Part shown: piece by piece, positions 37,633 through 50,865 of the stretch
Layout of the letters: each line of letters opens with the position of its first letter
Position numbering within the stretch: position 1 is the first letter of the stretch
From: Phoronis australis
Taxonomy: Eukaryota > Animalia > Phoronida
Direction: 5' to 3'
Assembly: GCA_002633005.1 (NCBI GenBank)
Contig: NMRA01000065.1
Coordinates: forward strand, 611,066 to 675,065
DNA length: 64,000 nt
Made by a program: the position numbers and the translations under genes
Notes under the pieces: generated by a model
Databases searched by the model: none
What the model was told of the DNA's origin: nothing
Seen by the model: the letters and a program-made list of their open reading frames with translations, nothing else

Positions 37633-39512
37633 GACAATTTGAGCACAACGTGGCGGACCCCCTGGCGTGGTGAAATCCAACGCCCAACGAAACAATTGAC
37701 AATCTTCAGCGTTGTAGGACCAAGATGGCGTCTTTCGCTTCACACAATTTCTAAATCTGGTGTACCCGACGTTGTTCTGAGAACGCTGTAACACCTGAAA
37801 ATGGACGGAGAAATGACCGACTAAAAAGCCTCGCCAATATAAATAAGTTGGAGATTGCTTAGACAGAATAGAAGATTTTAGACGCGGTGTTGCAAATAGG
37901 CTTAGTGATGAAGACACAGATGTGTTGGCTGGTGCGAAAAGGATCGCATTAAATAACAAAAAAGAATGCTGTCAATGAGAACGCCTTTGTTGACCGGAAG
38001 AAATAAAACGGCCAGGGAAGACTGACAGAAAGGGGCAATATTCAACCAAATCCATAGCAGATCCACCAACCACGATATTCATCTGGATGAAGTTAAAACA
38101 ATATTCGGAAAACGTTGTTTTCAATATAGAACTGATGGAGAGATCTTAATCCTCAAACAAAACTTTATAAAGCGTTCACGCTTTTTATTTAGTATCAATG
38201 AAAGGCACAATGATATTCTTACAGTTTCCCTATCATCTTTAGTTATTTCAAAATTTCTTGCATTTCCCATTAATATATATGTATACTAGATTTATCTTAA
38301 AAAGCTTGGGCCCTATTGGAAAACACCACCACCAGCACCCCCACCACCTTATAAGACAGGCAGAGTTGATATGGGCGAAACGTAATTTCTTTCATTCACG
38401 AACATTTTGAGACGTTAGACATTTTCGTGTGAAATGTTTGATTCTCATCGCACAACCTTGACATTTAGGCCGCATAGAATTTACGGAAAACGCAGGAAAT
38501 TTACACTACAAGAGCGCAGCAGGGGCGGATCAAGGATTTTGAGTTAGGGGGGGCTAGGGCACCAGAATTTCGACTGATGCGCGCGCCCAGCCTAAATTGA
38601 GGGGATGCAGGGGTCTCGAAGTTTGGATTTGCGGACCTGTTGACTAAAAAAAAGGTAAACGAGGTTTGTTCAGGGCCTATGCATTGTTTATTCACTTTAT
38701 TCACCCCCGAGCCCCCTTGGTTGTTGCGCGCATATGCTAGTCAGGATTTCGCATCCGAACTCCCAAATGGTATCTGGTAGAAATTTAGGGGGGGCATAGA
38801 CCCCTTCGCCCCCCCCCCCTAAATCCACCATTGCGAAGGGTGATGTCCCGTCAATTTCTTTATCGACACTCTAGAGACAAACCATTTTTCTTTATGTCAC
38901 CGCTATTTCGAAAAATCACTTGTCTACATGTGACGCAATGTTATGTTGTGTAAGTTTATCATATTGTGGGAAAATACGATTTTATTTTGCATTACAGCAC
39001 TTTAAATTATAGCGCTCAAATACCCCGCCAGGATTCACGTACGTGTATCAGTTTGTTGACAAATGCAAATATGTTAACTGCATTTTCCAAAGAGATCGGT
39101 ATAAAGCCATGTTTAAGGTTAAAAGTTTATAACATCGGCTTCATGGTATTCATTCCTCATTGATAACCTTTGATTTCCGTTATCAACGAATTAGAACATC
39201 GAAGCCATCACAGACACAAACAACAGAAACGCGTAGCGTTGAAATGCGCCCACGACATCACCGCAAACGCTGCATTTATAAGGGGGTTTTTGTATCGCCA
39301 AAATGGCCATTAGATGGCATAGAATGCGTCAAGCCCATCCGAATTGAGACTGTGGCGCCGTCTTTGTAATACACAACTGCTTGCCAAAAATCATGAAAAT
39401 AATTCAAGGAACTCCTAAGATATTGATGAAAACGTAACAAAACAATTGACACTCAGGGGCACAGCTATACTCCATTGATTTGAAACTCATCGACATCTGT
39501 TGCCATCTCTGT

Positions 39513-41070
39513 AGAGGCCAATCTGCTTAATAGCGGATTTGCAGCGACGCCATATTGAAATTAGGTTAAAATGGTGCATTGTGGGTGCTGTGGTCAGGAT
39601 TCCGAAAGCGGCCATAGTAACAAGCATAATACGCGGTATGAGCGCGAAGAAAACTTACGGCGGATACACTTGTGTTCCTGGCTGCTTCAAAAACAACAAG
39701 ACAGATAAAAATCTGAGTTTTTATGTGTTCCCTGCAAACCAAGAACTTCGTGAAAAATGGATAAACAACATTAGGAGAGCTGGGAGTAAGGGGAGATTTA
39801 GCGCATTCAAACCAACGCAGGGCTATCTAGTAGGCAACACGTAGCCCCTCGGTTGGCCATATAGGGGCTACAATACTCCCATTCGCTTTCTGTACTCATT
39901 TCGTTACTTCAGTGTATTTTAAACGGGCCGTGACCGGATTTGGGTTACCGATTTCGAGTTTTCACCTCGTCAAAAATACATTCTACACTTAAAACTATCA
40001 TTTAAAAAAAAACGCTTACTATCATCATCGGTCCTTTCTACTTCTATACATATCTTTGATGAAGCTTAGTTGTGAGAATTAAGTTGACTTTGGCGAAGAA
40101 TTACAACTCCACTTTTTTGGTTGCCGTTAATTTTATCACCGCGTGAGCCGCGATAACCACAAAGCATGTCAACTGAATCACGTGAGTTAAGCAAAGGTTA
40201 GCGCGAGACTGAGCGAAGCGCGTGACGCTAGCGTGTGACGCTAGTGCGTGACGCTAGCACGCGACACTTGTAAAATAGCATGAGAAGGTATCGGGTGAAA
40301 CTTGTAAGATGTGTGTCCCTTGGACTTTTTATTCAACATGCGTAATTTCACTAACTTCCTCAAAATGGCACCCGGTAACTGAGAGAAACTCGAGCAAACC
40401 GCATCAGATTTTCATCGATTTGTTCAAGTTTTGCTGACTAAATTGTATCCACAGTCGTGGTATGTGTTAATTATAACTCCGTGTTCCTACATGTATGGTT
40501 CATTTAATTTTATTTGCTGTATTATGAAATGAGTAACTTTTTGTGAGGATGTACTATCGCCCCTGAATGCCTGCGGCATCCAGTGCGATGTAATTGCCTA
40601 GGGGCCATCGTGTGTGCAGCGAACATTTTCCTGGTGGAAAAAAGACGTATGAGAACAACATTCCGACGGAGTTTCCTCTTAAAATTAACGTCTCTAGCAT
40701 ATCCACAGCGAAAGCAAAGTTAAGCAACCCAAGAACTCTCAACTTGCCTGAAACCGGAGGAGATTTCGAAATCAACGCCGATAGCCCCAATACTGAACAT
40801 GACGACAGTTGTGCCCTCGGTCACACGGTCACTGATCATAGCTACGCTGTGTTTACAAACGAGAGAGAGGACTTGCTTGGTATTATAAAGCAAAAAAATG
40901 AAACATGGTTTTTAGTTTGCAAATCACTCCAAATGCACACACTATCCAGCCTGCTCAAGACATTTCTGACCACAAGCTATCCCATGAGCCTTCGCGCAGG
41001 AAGTAACTCGCACATGCGCAATGCGTAGTTCGTTTGCGCTGCAAATCCGCTATTTCGCAAAGATCCTTCG
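39513..41070 (+). mobile_element. THAP-transposase deletion derivative (PIF/Harbinger-ISL2EU-like), split by a secondary insertion
   Basis: ATG 39638 gives MSAKKTYGGYTCVPGC...FYVFP...REKWINNIRR...PTQG (to 39823), resuming as HRVCSEHF...NIPTEF...TDHSY (from 40606). Inverted repeat aatagcggatttgcagcg at 39529-39546 and 41037-41054. Confidence 0.7.
39824..40602. mobile_element. Unclassified ~780-bp insertion in the THAP ORF
   Basis: Ends TAGGCAA...TTGCCTA with related subterminal sequence. GGGC is present on both sides. Three tandem gcgtgacgcta units lie at about 40218-40260. Confidence 0.6.
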
Positions 41071-41139
41071 AAGGTTTAAGGAGGTACAGATGTGCACGTA
41101 AAAAGAGCAAAATTGCTCCTAGAGGGCGCCAGAATAGTT

Positions 41140-41920
41140 GAAAACATCTGAAATTCAACGTCAGCCGAGATCAACGCATCAGAAATACAATCGTCAATTT
41201 TCATAATGATCCCCTTGAGCGGTTTGTTAGATGGAGAGGCGGAAGTCTAAATATACTTGTCTTTAAATGGCCACCAGGTGGCGCAGAAAAAATCAAATCT
41301 GCCCGATAATGGGAAGTGGTTGTCGTGTCCTTAATAGAAACTTATTCGCCGAATTTCATGAATACATATTAATGAACTACTAAGATACAAAAACAAACGT
41401 AAAAAAATATTTTGTCACTAGGGGGTACAGTAGCATTTGGATCACTCATTACCGTTTGTCGCAAAAAACAGAATTGCCACAAGGAGGCGACACAGTAGTC
41501 GGACCCGTCCGTAAGTCAACGTCAGTGGTGGCCTTCTCATCAGGAACACATCTGTAAAAGTTTTCGTAATGACCCTTTAATTACTGTGGCAGATAGAGAG
41601 GCGGACGCCAGAAAACGGAAGGAAAATAACAAAAATGATCACAAGGTGGCGTAAAATCCTTCGAATTTGTCCGAAAATGGGATGGAATCATCGTCTTCTT
41701 ATCAAAAACCAGTACCGGTATTTGCCGAATTTCATGAAGGTCCATCAAGGAACTCCGAAGATACAGAGGCAAACGTAAAAAACTAAAAATGCCACTAGGG
41801 GGGCACAGCGGTATTCTGATCCGTCCGAAAATCGTAGTCATCTGTCTTCAGCTGCTCAAGAACCACCTGCCAAATTTCAATAAAATCCTGCCAGGGGTTT
41901 AAGAGATTCAGCAGCGGACC
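41140..41920. repeat. Diverged tandem-subunit repeat element (gccgaatttcatgaa / ccactaggggg units); relative at about 43480-43680
   Basis: Recurring gccgaatttcatgaa...aaacgtaaaaaa...cactaggggg.acag and cagtggtggccttctc motifs. Confidence 0.45.
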
Positions 41921-44900
41921 CGGGCGCCGTGCTGTAGTGGTAAAATGAGAGGTAAGTAGGCGCCCAAAGCCCATCGCATCACCTTGAGCACTGAACGTAA
42001 CTTACGGTGCGTATTAGGCGCTACGGTCAAATGCCAAAAGGTGGTTGGCTGCGCCTACGTGCGCATACGCCCCACTACAGCACTGCCCGGGCGACTGACA
42101 TGGGACGCCCAGACAGAGATGACGACCATATGCACCCACATATAAATACGTGGGCCCTTAAATAAAAACTGCGGGTTCGAAAGTAGTCCATATATACATT
42201 GCCTGTGACTTGCCAGTGAGTTGCTGGAAATTTGGCAATAAATCAATAATGGGTGAGCGTGCTAATGTTTTTATAACTCAATGCGTCTCGGTTAAGAATT
42301 CAACATTGAAAGCTAAACAACAGCAAATTACAACGTTAAGCACCGGTAGAGATTAAGTTCATTTTCCGAAGTGGGAACGCACCCTTAAATATCGGAACGA
42401 CCGGTTTCGTTAGGAAACACGAAGCATGAGAATTCACTGTTCTTGAATTATTTTAGATAAAAGCATCAGATATTTCTTTAATAATTTTAATCCATATGCA
42501 TCATCCCAAAACAAGAAATGAAAATCATCTTCAAACTCTCCTAACAGATTCTATCTTCCGGAGATGTACCCATAAATCATCACGTTTCAACTCGGAGAGC
42601 CGAGTGGGATCCTACATGTACCATAGCGAAACTGAGCAGGTAAGGAACCAAGCTTCAAGATCGGCCAAGTGCGAGCTGTTTCCAAAGTATTTTATAGCGT
42701 TTTATTGTTCTCAGTTTGGGCTCTGCTTGGATCTGGTTGATCAAGTTTACGCCAATTGTCTTTGTTAAGTACGACCTGCTATGTCTGTTAAAACTTCGTG
42801 TTTTCGGGGTTCTGGCGTCTTCCCTTTCTGTTGGCGTCCAGGGGCGACTGACGCCCTCCCCATATCTCCTTGCATACTCTTACATTTTGTCACTGAAATA
42901 TGTTCCATTTAGAAACACTTCCAGAAAGCTAGACGTAATGTTTTTTGAACATTCATATTGACGTTTTTGGAGTTGTAAATCTTTCGTGGGCTTGGTTAAA
43001 TGTTGTAACTACAACCAGTCAGTAACTTCTGTACATGACAAACTAACCAAATTTGGCAAACGTTTTCGTTAAGACGACAAAAATCATTTATATTTTCGTA
43101 TTTAAAGATATTTTTCTGTTTTATACAGGTATATTTTATTATCCTTTTCCAGTCCCTGGAGATATTTCTCGACACCTATATTCTCATCCACAGTCCCTCA
43201 GCCTATGCCCACTATTCCAATTTTACCGGGTTGTTTTCCATGCCAAATGTTTTCCTGTTTTCACGTTCTCCCATGACCACGTTCCCGCGACTCAAAACTC
43301 CTGGGGCCGATGCCTTGCTGGCTCGGTGCTAACCAGCTCCTTTATAATTTGGTTATCATTCCAAGTTTTCTTTGTATCTTAGGGTAAGAGACGTTTTTTG
43401 TTAGTTGTCGCTAAACTTTTATTTTCACCAATAAACATGTCCTCTAGCCATATTTGTTGTCTGCCGCTGAGAAGCAATTGATGTCTGGCAAATAAGTAAC
43501 CATGGCACACATTCGATATTTGGAAACAAACGTCACAGTGGCGGCCTTCTCAGTCTCATTAATACATCGCTTCAAAAAAAGCCGAAATTTGTCAAAGAGG
43601 AAATAAGATAGAAGTCCGTCATGTGTGACACTTGTGACTCATACCACTGAGGCAACCAAAGGGGCACAACGGGGCGATGTTCCCTCTTCATTGCTAAAAA
43701 AGCTCTCTCTTGGTCACTTTTGTGTTTTTCATAGAAAAGCGAAAGTTTAAACATTGGGTTTTGTACTTTTACAAAATAAAATAGCTTTTGATAGCGGAAA
43801 CATCAAAACAAAATGACCCTTCCCTTTAAAAATGGTCAAAGAAGTGGTTTCGTGAACATAGTGTGGTCGGACTTAGGATAAATTTTTAAGTAAGAAATAC
43901 AGAAACATTCGTAAGTTACAAGTCATCAGTCTAAATTTATTAATTTTCTTGCTATGAGCTTTCTAAATTTATAAGATTTCTGTGTCAATCACAACGACTT
44001 TAACTGCACAAGAAATTCCATTCGATATAATGTTGAAAGAGCATAGTATTACAATAAGTTTTTATTTGCGTTCGTTTTCTGAAGTATAAGAAACAAACTA
44101 AAGGGAAGGCTACATTCAAAACACAGTGGGACATCCTTCTTACAAAAATCACCACGGGAAACAACAGTTAACATTTACAGTTTTATAAACCAATGACCAG
44201 TAAGCTAACGACCAATGGCAACATTTCTTTGTGAATTTCCACAAGAAATATAAAAATAATGGCGCCAATACTCGAAATTATTTCACTAGAAATTCATGTC
44301 GTGTGGTATCATTTATTTATTAAATGCTTTCACCTGTAGCATTCGTTGGACCTTTATCAACCGACTACAACTCGCAGGTATTCCGATTCACAAAATTTAG
44401 TGGCCGACAGTTTTCCGTCGTGCAATTAAGGACGTTCCACTCATTTCACAAAACGTGATATGCAAGATATATTCATTTCATTTTACAACCGTGTAGCATG
44501 CTGCTATTCCAAATCCTACGTACAACTTTGTATTAGCGATACTTGCCAACATCAACCTAGGTGTCTTTAGAGATCTTGTGAATTCATTGACGTGAAGGCC
44601 AAGAATAAAATGAATGCCGTACCAATGTTTGAAGCACTTCGTCATTAAAAAGTGTCCACGTGGAGCATACATCACAAGCTCTATCCAAGTAACAGGGTAG
44701 AGTTCAGTAACGCCACGACCTCGCTAAAAAGCAAGACCCCATGAAATTACGTGAGATGTTGTCGTGTATTTTAAATGAGAACACGTGATCGTGGCTTGAT
44801 TTTAGCTAGGTCCTAGTGTAGGAACTCTACCCAGACCTCATATATCTACTGATTGGGAAGTTGAGAGTGAGCGCCGAGACATATGCCAGCATCAGTGCGC

Positions 44901-46180
44901 CTTAGGTTGTTAAAACCATCTACAGGTATTATTAAATGAGCGCCCGAGCAAGTTTTTCCTCAAATTGTATGCTCGGTCTCTAGTGTGCCTGTAATCTTTG
45001 CTCTAGTGTGCCAATACAGGTCTCTGCAAGTTTGTACTTTTCACACCTTTCTACGTTTGCTCGCCAGTTGCTTTAGATTTCTCTTTTCTGGCGATGACGA
45101 ATTTATCAATCGAAGATACCAGATTAAATTTATATTCCGTTCTTGTGCATTTTCGCTCTCTTAGTTTTTGCAAGAGATTTGGGTCAGCTGCTACATCGTG
45201 TGCGTCTGTGTCCTCTCAAGCCGTGAGAGGACTGTGAGAAAGTTGTAGTCGGCAAATAAGGCAGCTAGAGTAGTATTTAACATCACTTGCGTAATACATG
45301 TCAGTGTAATTTCGGTTTGATTCGTGCTGCAGTTACAAATGAATTGTGTTCATCCTCAGTAATATTGAGTCAGAATGCGCACACTCTGTATGTCCGATGA
45401 ATATTTAAGAGGGAAGTACGGCTCACAGCAGGCAAAAATGCCCAGAGGGGTGATAAACCCGATGGCTCGGATTTGAACTACACTATGCATTTTAGTTACC
45501 TTTGGGATGATAAACAAAACAGTAAAGTCCAATCTCATTTTACCTTGTTTAAGGGGGAGAAATCAGGGAGCCTCTATATTGGGGGTATCCATGCAATGGA
45601 CTCACCAAAAATGACTTATTTGCAATGCATAATAAAAAATAGCGGTGCACAAGATCATTATTTGTTTGTAATTTCTAAATAAAGCAAGTCTTTAGCTTCA
45701 CAAAGATGTTAAACAATACTCAATAACTCTGCCGCTAAGCTCAAAATTTCAGGCATGAAGTATAAAGGGGTCAGAGGTTAACAAAGCATTGCAATTTCGC
45801 CATACTTTGAGCCCGCATATATCAGCTTGCACAACACTCATCAACACCAGACTTTCACACAAGACGTTTCTATTTTACTGAAAGTGATTGGTAAAATAAA
45901 ATCTTCGGGTGCTGAGCTTTTTCCTATAGAAATCGCGAGATTGTGACAACCACCCGAGTGGAAATTGCCTTCAATACCGATACCTGTTTGGAACACACTA
46001 GTAGAGTGCATAGTTTTGATTCAAAAGTTTTTTATTAATGTTTAGTTTAGTGTCATTAAGTCAGGCGCATTTGTTTTTTTCCATTTCCATTAAAATTCCG
46101 CGTTTTTCGTGAACCCAGTGTCCAACAACAGGTGTCACTTTAGTGGTGGCAAAATGGCTGACCAATGATCCTGACTTGTA

Positions 46181-46950
46181 CGGCTAAATCACAATCAAGG
46201 TCCATATTCGAGAGTTGACTGTGTTACGGTCTAAAATAATTTGATGATGTTGCAGAGGCAGGTTCTCTATCTCTCAAGACAACTTAAACTTGCAACAAAC
46301 CAACAAGTAGAAGCAGCACAAAACTCGAGACCATCCCATACATTTGTAACTTAGTCAAAATTTGACGTTGATTGACTGTGCGTACTGTACGTACCTCCCA
46401 ACCAGTACCATTTTTTACTGTTTACGAGTGGAACACTGGGCCTAGCATTTCTTTAACTATTTTGACCAACTGGTGAATGTATTGAAAACTAGGCAAATAG
46501 CACCAATAAAGTTTTTGAAAAAGTAGTTACTTGTCATTTTCTTTTTGTAAGAATCATATTGCAAGAGAAGGAAGTTCTCATTATACTGTATTAAGATTTG
46601 CAATGTATCATCATCTAGAACAACTTGATCAGCACGGTAATAACTTTCTCATTTTAGTATGTGGTACTTCTTCAATTTAATCAAAAACTTATTAAATTAA
46701 CAGCTACCTTATGAATTTTTGCGTGGTAGAAGTGTATTGTGACCACAAGTTGTAGTGTACGTACCCTTTTATACAACTGCGATGCATTAGGCCATAAAAT
46801 TTTATTCGGTGGTTCTTGTGCAAAAATATTTTAGATTACTAACCTGGAATGATGGTTCTTGAAAATAACCCAGCTTTTACAGTTATATGACAACCTTCAT
46901 TTTTCACCAAAAGTGGCCACCGAATATGGACCTTGATTGTGATTTGGCCG
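46181..46950. mobile_element. Internally deleted copy of the CGGC-ended element
   Basis: The first ~60 bp match 30943-31000 and the remainder matches 32546-33536 without the MITE. Confidence 0.88.
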
Positions 46951-47046
46951 GTGGCCGGTAGTGTTAAAACACTACCGGCCACACACTTCATCAAACTTCG
47001 TCATAACAGTTAAAACTGTAATGAAGAAGTTTGATGACGTGTGTGG
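46951..47046. repeat. Two adjacent palindromes, both centred on GTTAAAAC
   Basis: gtggccggtagtgtt-aa-aacactaccggccac (15-bp perfect arms) and 33-bp arms with 3 mismatches at 46979-47046. Confidence 0.85.
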
Positions 47047-48178
47047 GACCTCAAAAAATATCCTCTGCACATGTGTGAAATCATGATTCAGCATAAAGTG
47101 AGTATTAAGTCACCACACCTAAAAACTGTGCGGCAACTGGTTTTGGCGAGAGTCGGACAATTTACAAATGCGTGTTTACCGGACCTGTAAGAATGCGTCC
47201 AAGGCAAGGGCACGACACCGGGCTCATCTTGGAATTCTGTGGAAACCAAGTAGACTGTGTAAACACTCATTCCATTAGCAGTAGCTCGCGCCTTGCCAAG
47301 TCTGAAGTAGGGATGCTGGTTGAAATGTTTAAATTGAACTTACTTCAACTGGAACTCAACAATGTCAATGCATGTGTTCTTTCCTGTTGGATCTGGTGAG
47401 TACTGCTATTACTTTGTTTGAATTTGAATTTATCACAGGATGGTAACATTTTGGCGGTAATACTAATTTTATGGATACCTGATTTGAGAACCAGTTAGCA
47501 GCACTAGAATCAATTGTTGTTATTCTATAACAGTACCCTGCAATGCAAGTTACTGGTTCTCCTTTCAGGAAATTCACAAACTGAGTGACCATGCATCATA
47601 AAAATGTAAAAACAGCACTTGTTTTTGAATAGTAGGATAGACAGAGCTTTTTATTGTGGTCAGTGGTGAAATTCAGTAGTCCTATGCCTGCATCACTGTA
47701 AACAACTGATGAACAGTATTGAGTTCCTAAGTCAAATGATATACCTATCCTGTCATCGTTGTTGGAGTCTAGGCTAGCTATTTGGGTTTGTGGACCTTAT
47801 TACTAAAAAAAACGGTAAACGGGGTTTGTTCAAGGCCTGTGCATTCGTCAACCAAACACCCTGGGTGCGCACATATGTTACTCAGCAATTCGCACCTCGA
47901 ACTCCCAAATGGTATCTGGGAGAATTTTAGGGGGGATGGCCCCCTTGCCCCCCCCCCCCCTAAATCCGTCACTGTGTCAATTGTGTCTTTCCTGTACAGA
48001 TCTTTTCCCTCAACAGGAATCCAAATTTCTTTGTATACGTGAAAACCGCGAATAGAAGACTAATAAAAACTTGACCTTTGTTAAAAGCACGTGGCCAGGA
48101 AGCGCTCGCTACATACCAGTACCTGTCATCGAAGGTCATTTTCACGAAAGACTTCGCTCTAGTCGGTTGGCGACTGGT

Positions 48179-50865
48179 TAGTCAGGTTTGTTGTGTAATT
48201 TTGTTGGAAGTTTTTGGGGAAAGTGGAAACTATACATTTTTGGAAACCTTATGGAGTGACAAATCAGAAAATAATTGATTCCATTTTGGCGGCCTTCTTG
48301 GTGGCCATCTTGGATATTCAAAAATGGCGCCGGTAAAATGGATTTTGCCCAATATCTCCGCTTATGGGTCACTTAGAATGTTGTTTTTTATGGCTACACC
48401 TGCATGTCTCAGGTCAAGGAATTGGAAATTTTAATTTTTGGGCGCCATCTTGGATTTTTAAAATGCTGCCCGTAAAATACATTTTCCTCAGTATCTTTGC
48501 TCTTGGGTCACTTAGAATGTTAGTTTTAATGACTGCACCCACATTTTTGTGGTCAAGAGATCTAAAAATGCAACTTATTAAATGAGAAACATAATCAAAG
48601 CCCCATTTATGAGCAACCACATTTTCTAAATGCATTCTTCATGTAATCCGACACATAATCGCTATCATACTTTCTTGTAAATTTTGTTCGGAGCTTGTGT
48701 CCTTCAAGACACTTAAAACTAAACCAGAACCTAAACAACTTATTTATGTTTGAAGAACACGAAAGTATGTTTATCATCATCACCATTCTGACATTCTGTA
48801 CTTTTCTGACATAGATCTGTGTAAGATAGGTACTTTGATCGGCAAGAGCATCTTTAGGAAGAGGAATTGTTTTTGCATTGGCGTCTAACCATCTCAGTGA
48901 TAGCCTCTGGCGCCGGAAGCTCCTCAGTTGTGAGTGTTTCCGCTGGTCACCTTTGTCCTTGTAAATTCATTCTGCAATGGGTCAAGGGACTCCTGTCGAG
49001 CAATGACTGCCTGGCTCCACACTCTGGCTTGAATATGCACCCTCAGCACATGCTGTTTCAAAGCACCAATGGTTGCTGGACTTTTTTCGCTGTCAGCCAT
49101 ATGTTTACTGAAGAGGTACCATCTCAGCTCTGGGATGCTATTTGTGTCTATACCCTGTGGTGAGTATGCACATGCAAAAGGGGCTAATGTGAGAAGAGGT
49201 TCACCTGTTACTTTATAAGCAGTACAAAAAGTCTGCTGTGCATTGATATCATCGGTGTTTGTCTTCAAATATATATTCAACCAATAGAATGGACCAGTGT
49301 TGTCTGTCCATGTAAAAGCATGGAAAGCAGGAAGAGCCTTTGCCCGGACAGCACCTAATATTGTCCATATTTGATTCATGTCCACAATCCCAGATGCCAT
49401 GGGGACTGAAGTATTTCTGAGAAGCCTGTCATAATAGGCAATGACGAGCACCAGTAAATCTATGTCAGGTGAAAAAAACATCAGCTGAGAATCAGGGACC
49501 TTTTGATGTGATGCCAGAACTGCATGATGAACAGTGTATTAGCAATACAACTGCTTTTTCGTGATCGTTTTCTTCTAAGCGTCGATCACGTCGGTTGCTC
49601 TTTGTGCATCCTGAAGCTGAAGTAATGTCTATCTTGACAGAGTCTTTATTATATTCAAGTGTCTTTGCAGACAGATATTCAGTAGGTTGAGCCTTTTTTG
49701 GTCATGAGAGAGGAAACGGCTTATTGGGATGTTCTTTATGAAAGTCTCATCTCTTATCTGGTACTGTACTTGACCCTTTCTCTGCCTCCTTTTTTCTCTT
49801 GTGGCTTGTTTCAAAGAGTTGTCTTTGTGGGTGTCAAAAACCAGAATGATATCGTCATAATCTCTAGTTAAGAAAATCATTTCCATACTATTCACACGTG
49901 CAGTTCTGTAGCTTGGGTGAACACACTCATTGGTTGTTGTTACTTGTTTATGTGTTTTCTGGGTCTAAAACCTCTCTTGCAGCTTGAGGACTGTCCTGTT
50001 CTAAAACGTCTGCTTCGGAAAGTTTCTGAAAAAGATGGGTTCGATTCGATTTGTCTGTGCTCGACAGCATTGCCCCATTAGCAGCAAAGGTTGCTGTTGG
50101 TGTTAGGGTGAATTCATAGTGGCTGATTGCATGTTTCAGGTCGATTTGCCCGGCAGGCTACAGCTCATGTTGTTCTCGTCATTGATCCTCAGCCTGGTTA
50201 CTGCCAAGCTTATCTGCCGTCCGACTGTCAAAGGCAAAATGCATTTCCATTGAGTAGAGGAGAACTGTATTCCAAAGTGAACAGTGGAAATAATAACGAA
50301 ATCTTCAAAAGATATGTATCAAATGTCTTTTCAAAAAGATATAGATATACACTGTAGGTTAATCTGCATTTCTGCGATTCCTTTAAATATTCTGGGGGTT
50401 CGTATCTGCTATTAAAATCATTTAGATTATATGTATCATTTTAGAAATAGTGTTTTTCAATTCCTTACCCCACAAAACAGCAGTCATTAAAACTAACATT
50501 CCAAGTGACCCAAGAGCAGAAATACTGAGAAAAATGTATTTTACGGGCGCCATTTGTGAAATTTCAAGATGGCCACCAAGATGGCCGCCAGTAAAATAAA
50601 AATTTCCAATTCATTGACCTCAGAACTGCAGGTGTAGGCATGAAAACTGAACGTTCTCAGTGACCCAAGGGCGGATATATGGGCAAAATCCATTTTACCG
50701 GCGCCATTTTTGAAAATCCAAGATGACCGCCAAGATGGCCACCGAAAAAATGGAATCAATTATTTTCTGATTCGTAATCACAAGAGGTTTCCAAAAATGT
50801 ATAGTTCCCACTTTTCCCAAAAAACTCCCACGAATGTCAAAATTTGGACATAGTGAACCTCACTA
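48179..50865 (-). mobile_element. Second Academ (AcademX-type) transposon with decayed XPG-like and Cys-rich C-terminal domains
   Basis: Termini TAGTCAGGTT.../...AACCTCACTA with TSD GGT (48176-48178 and 50866-50868) and ~400-bp TIRs. Minus-strand remnants LVFDTHKDNSLKQATREKR, FFSPDIDLLVL, KALPAFHAFT, ELRWYLF..ALKQHVLRVHIQARVW and RCQCKN..CSCRSK..TDLC..ECQN. Confidence 0.88.

Noticed and set aside
39830-40601. THAP-splitting insert as a GT-AG intron
   Set aside because: The only terminal GT/AG pair rejoins the THAP halves out of frame.
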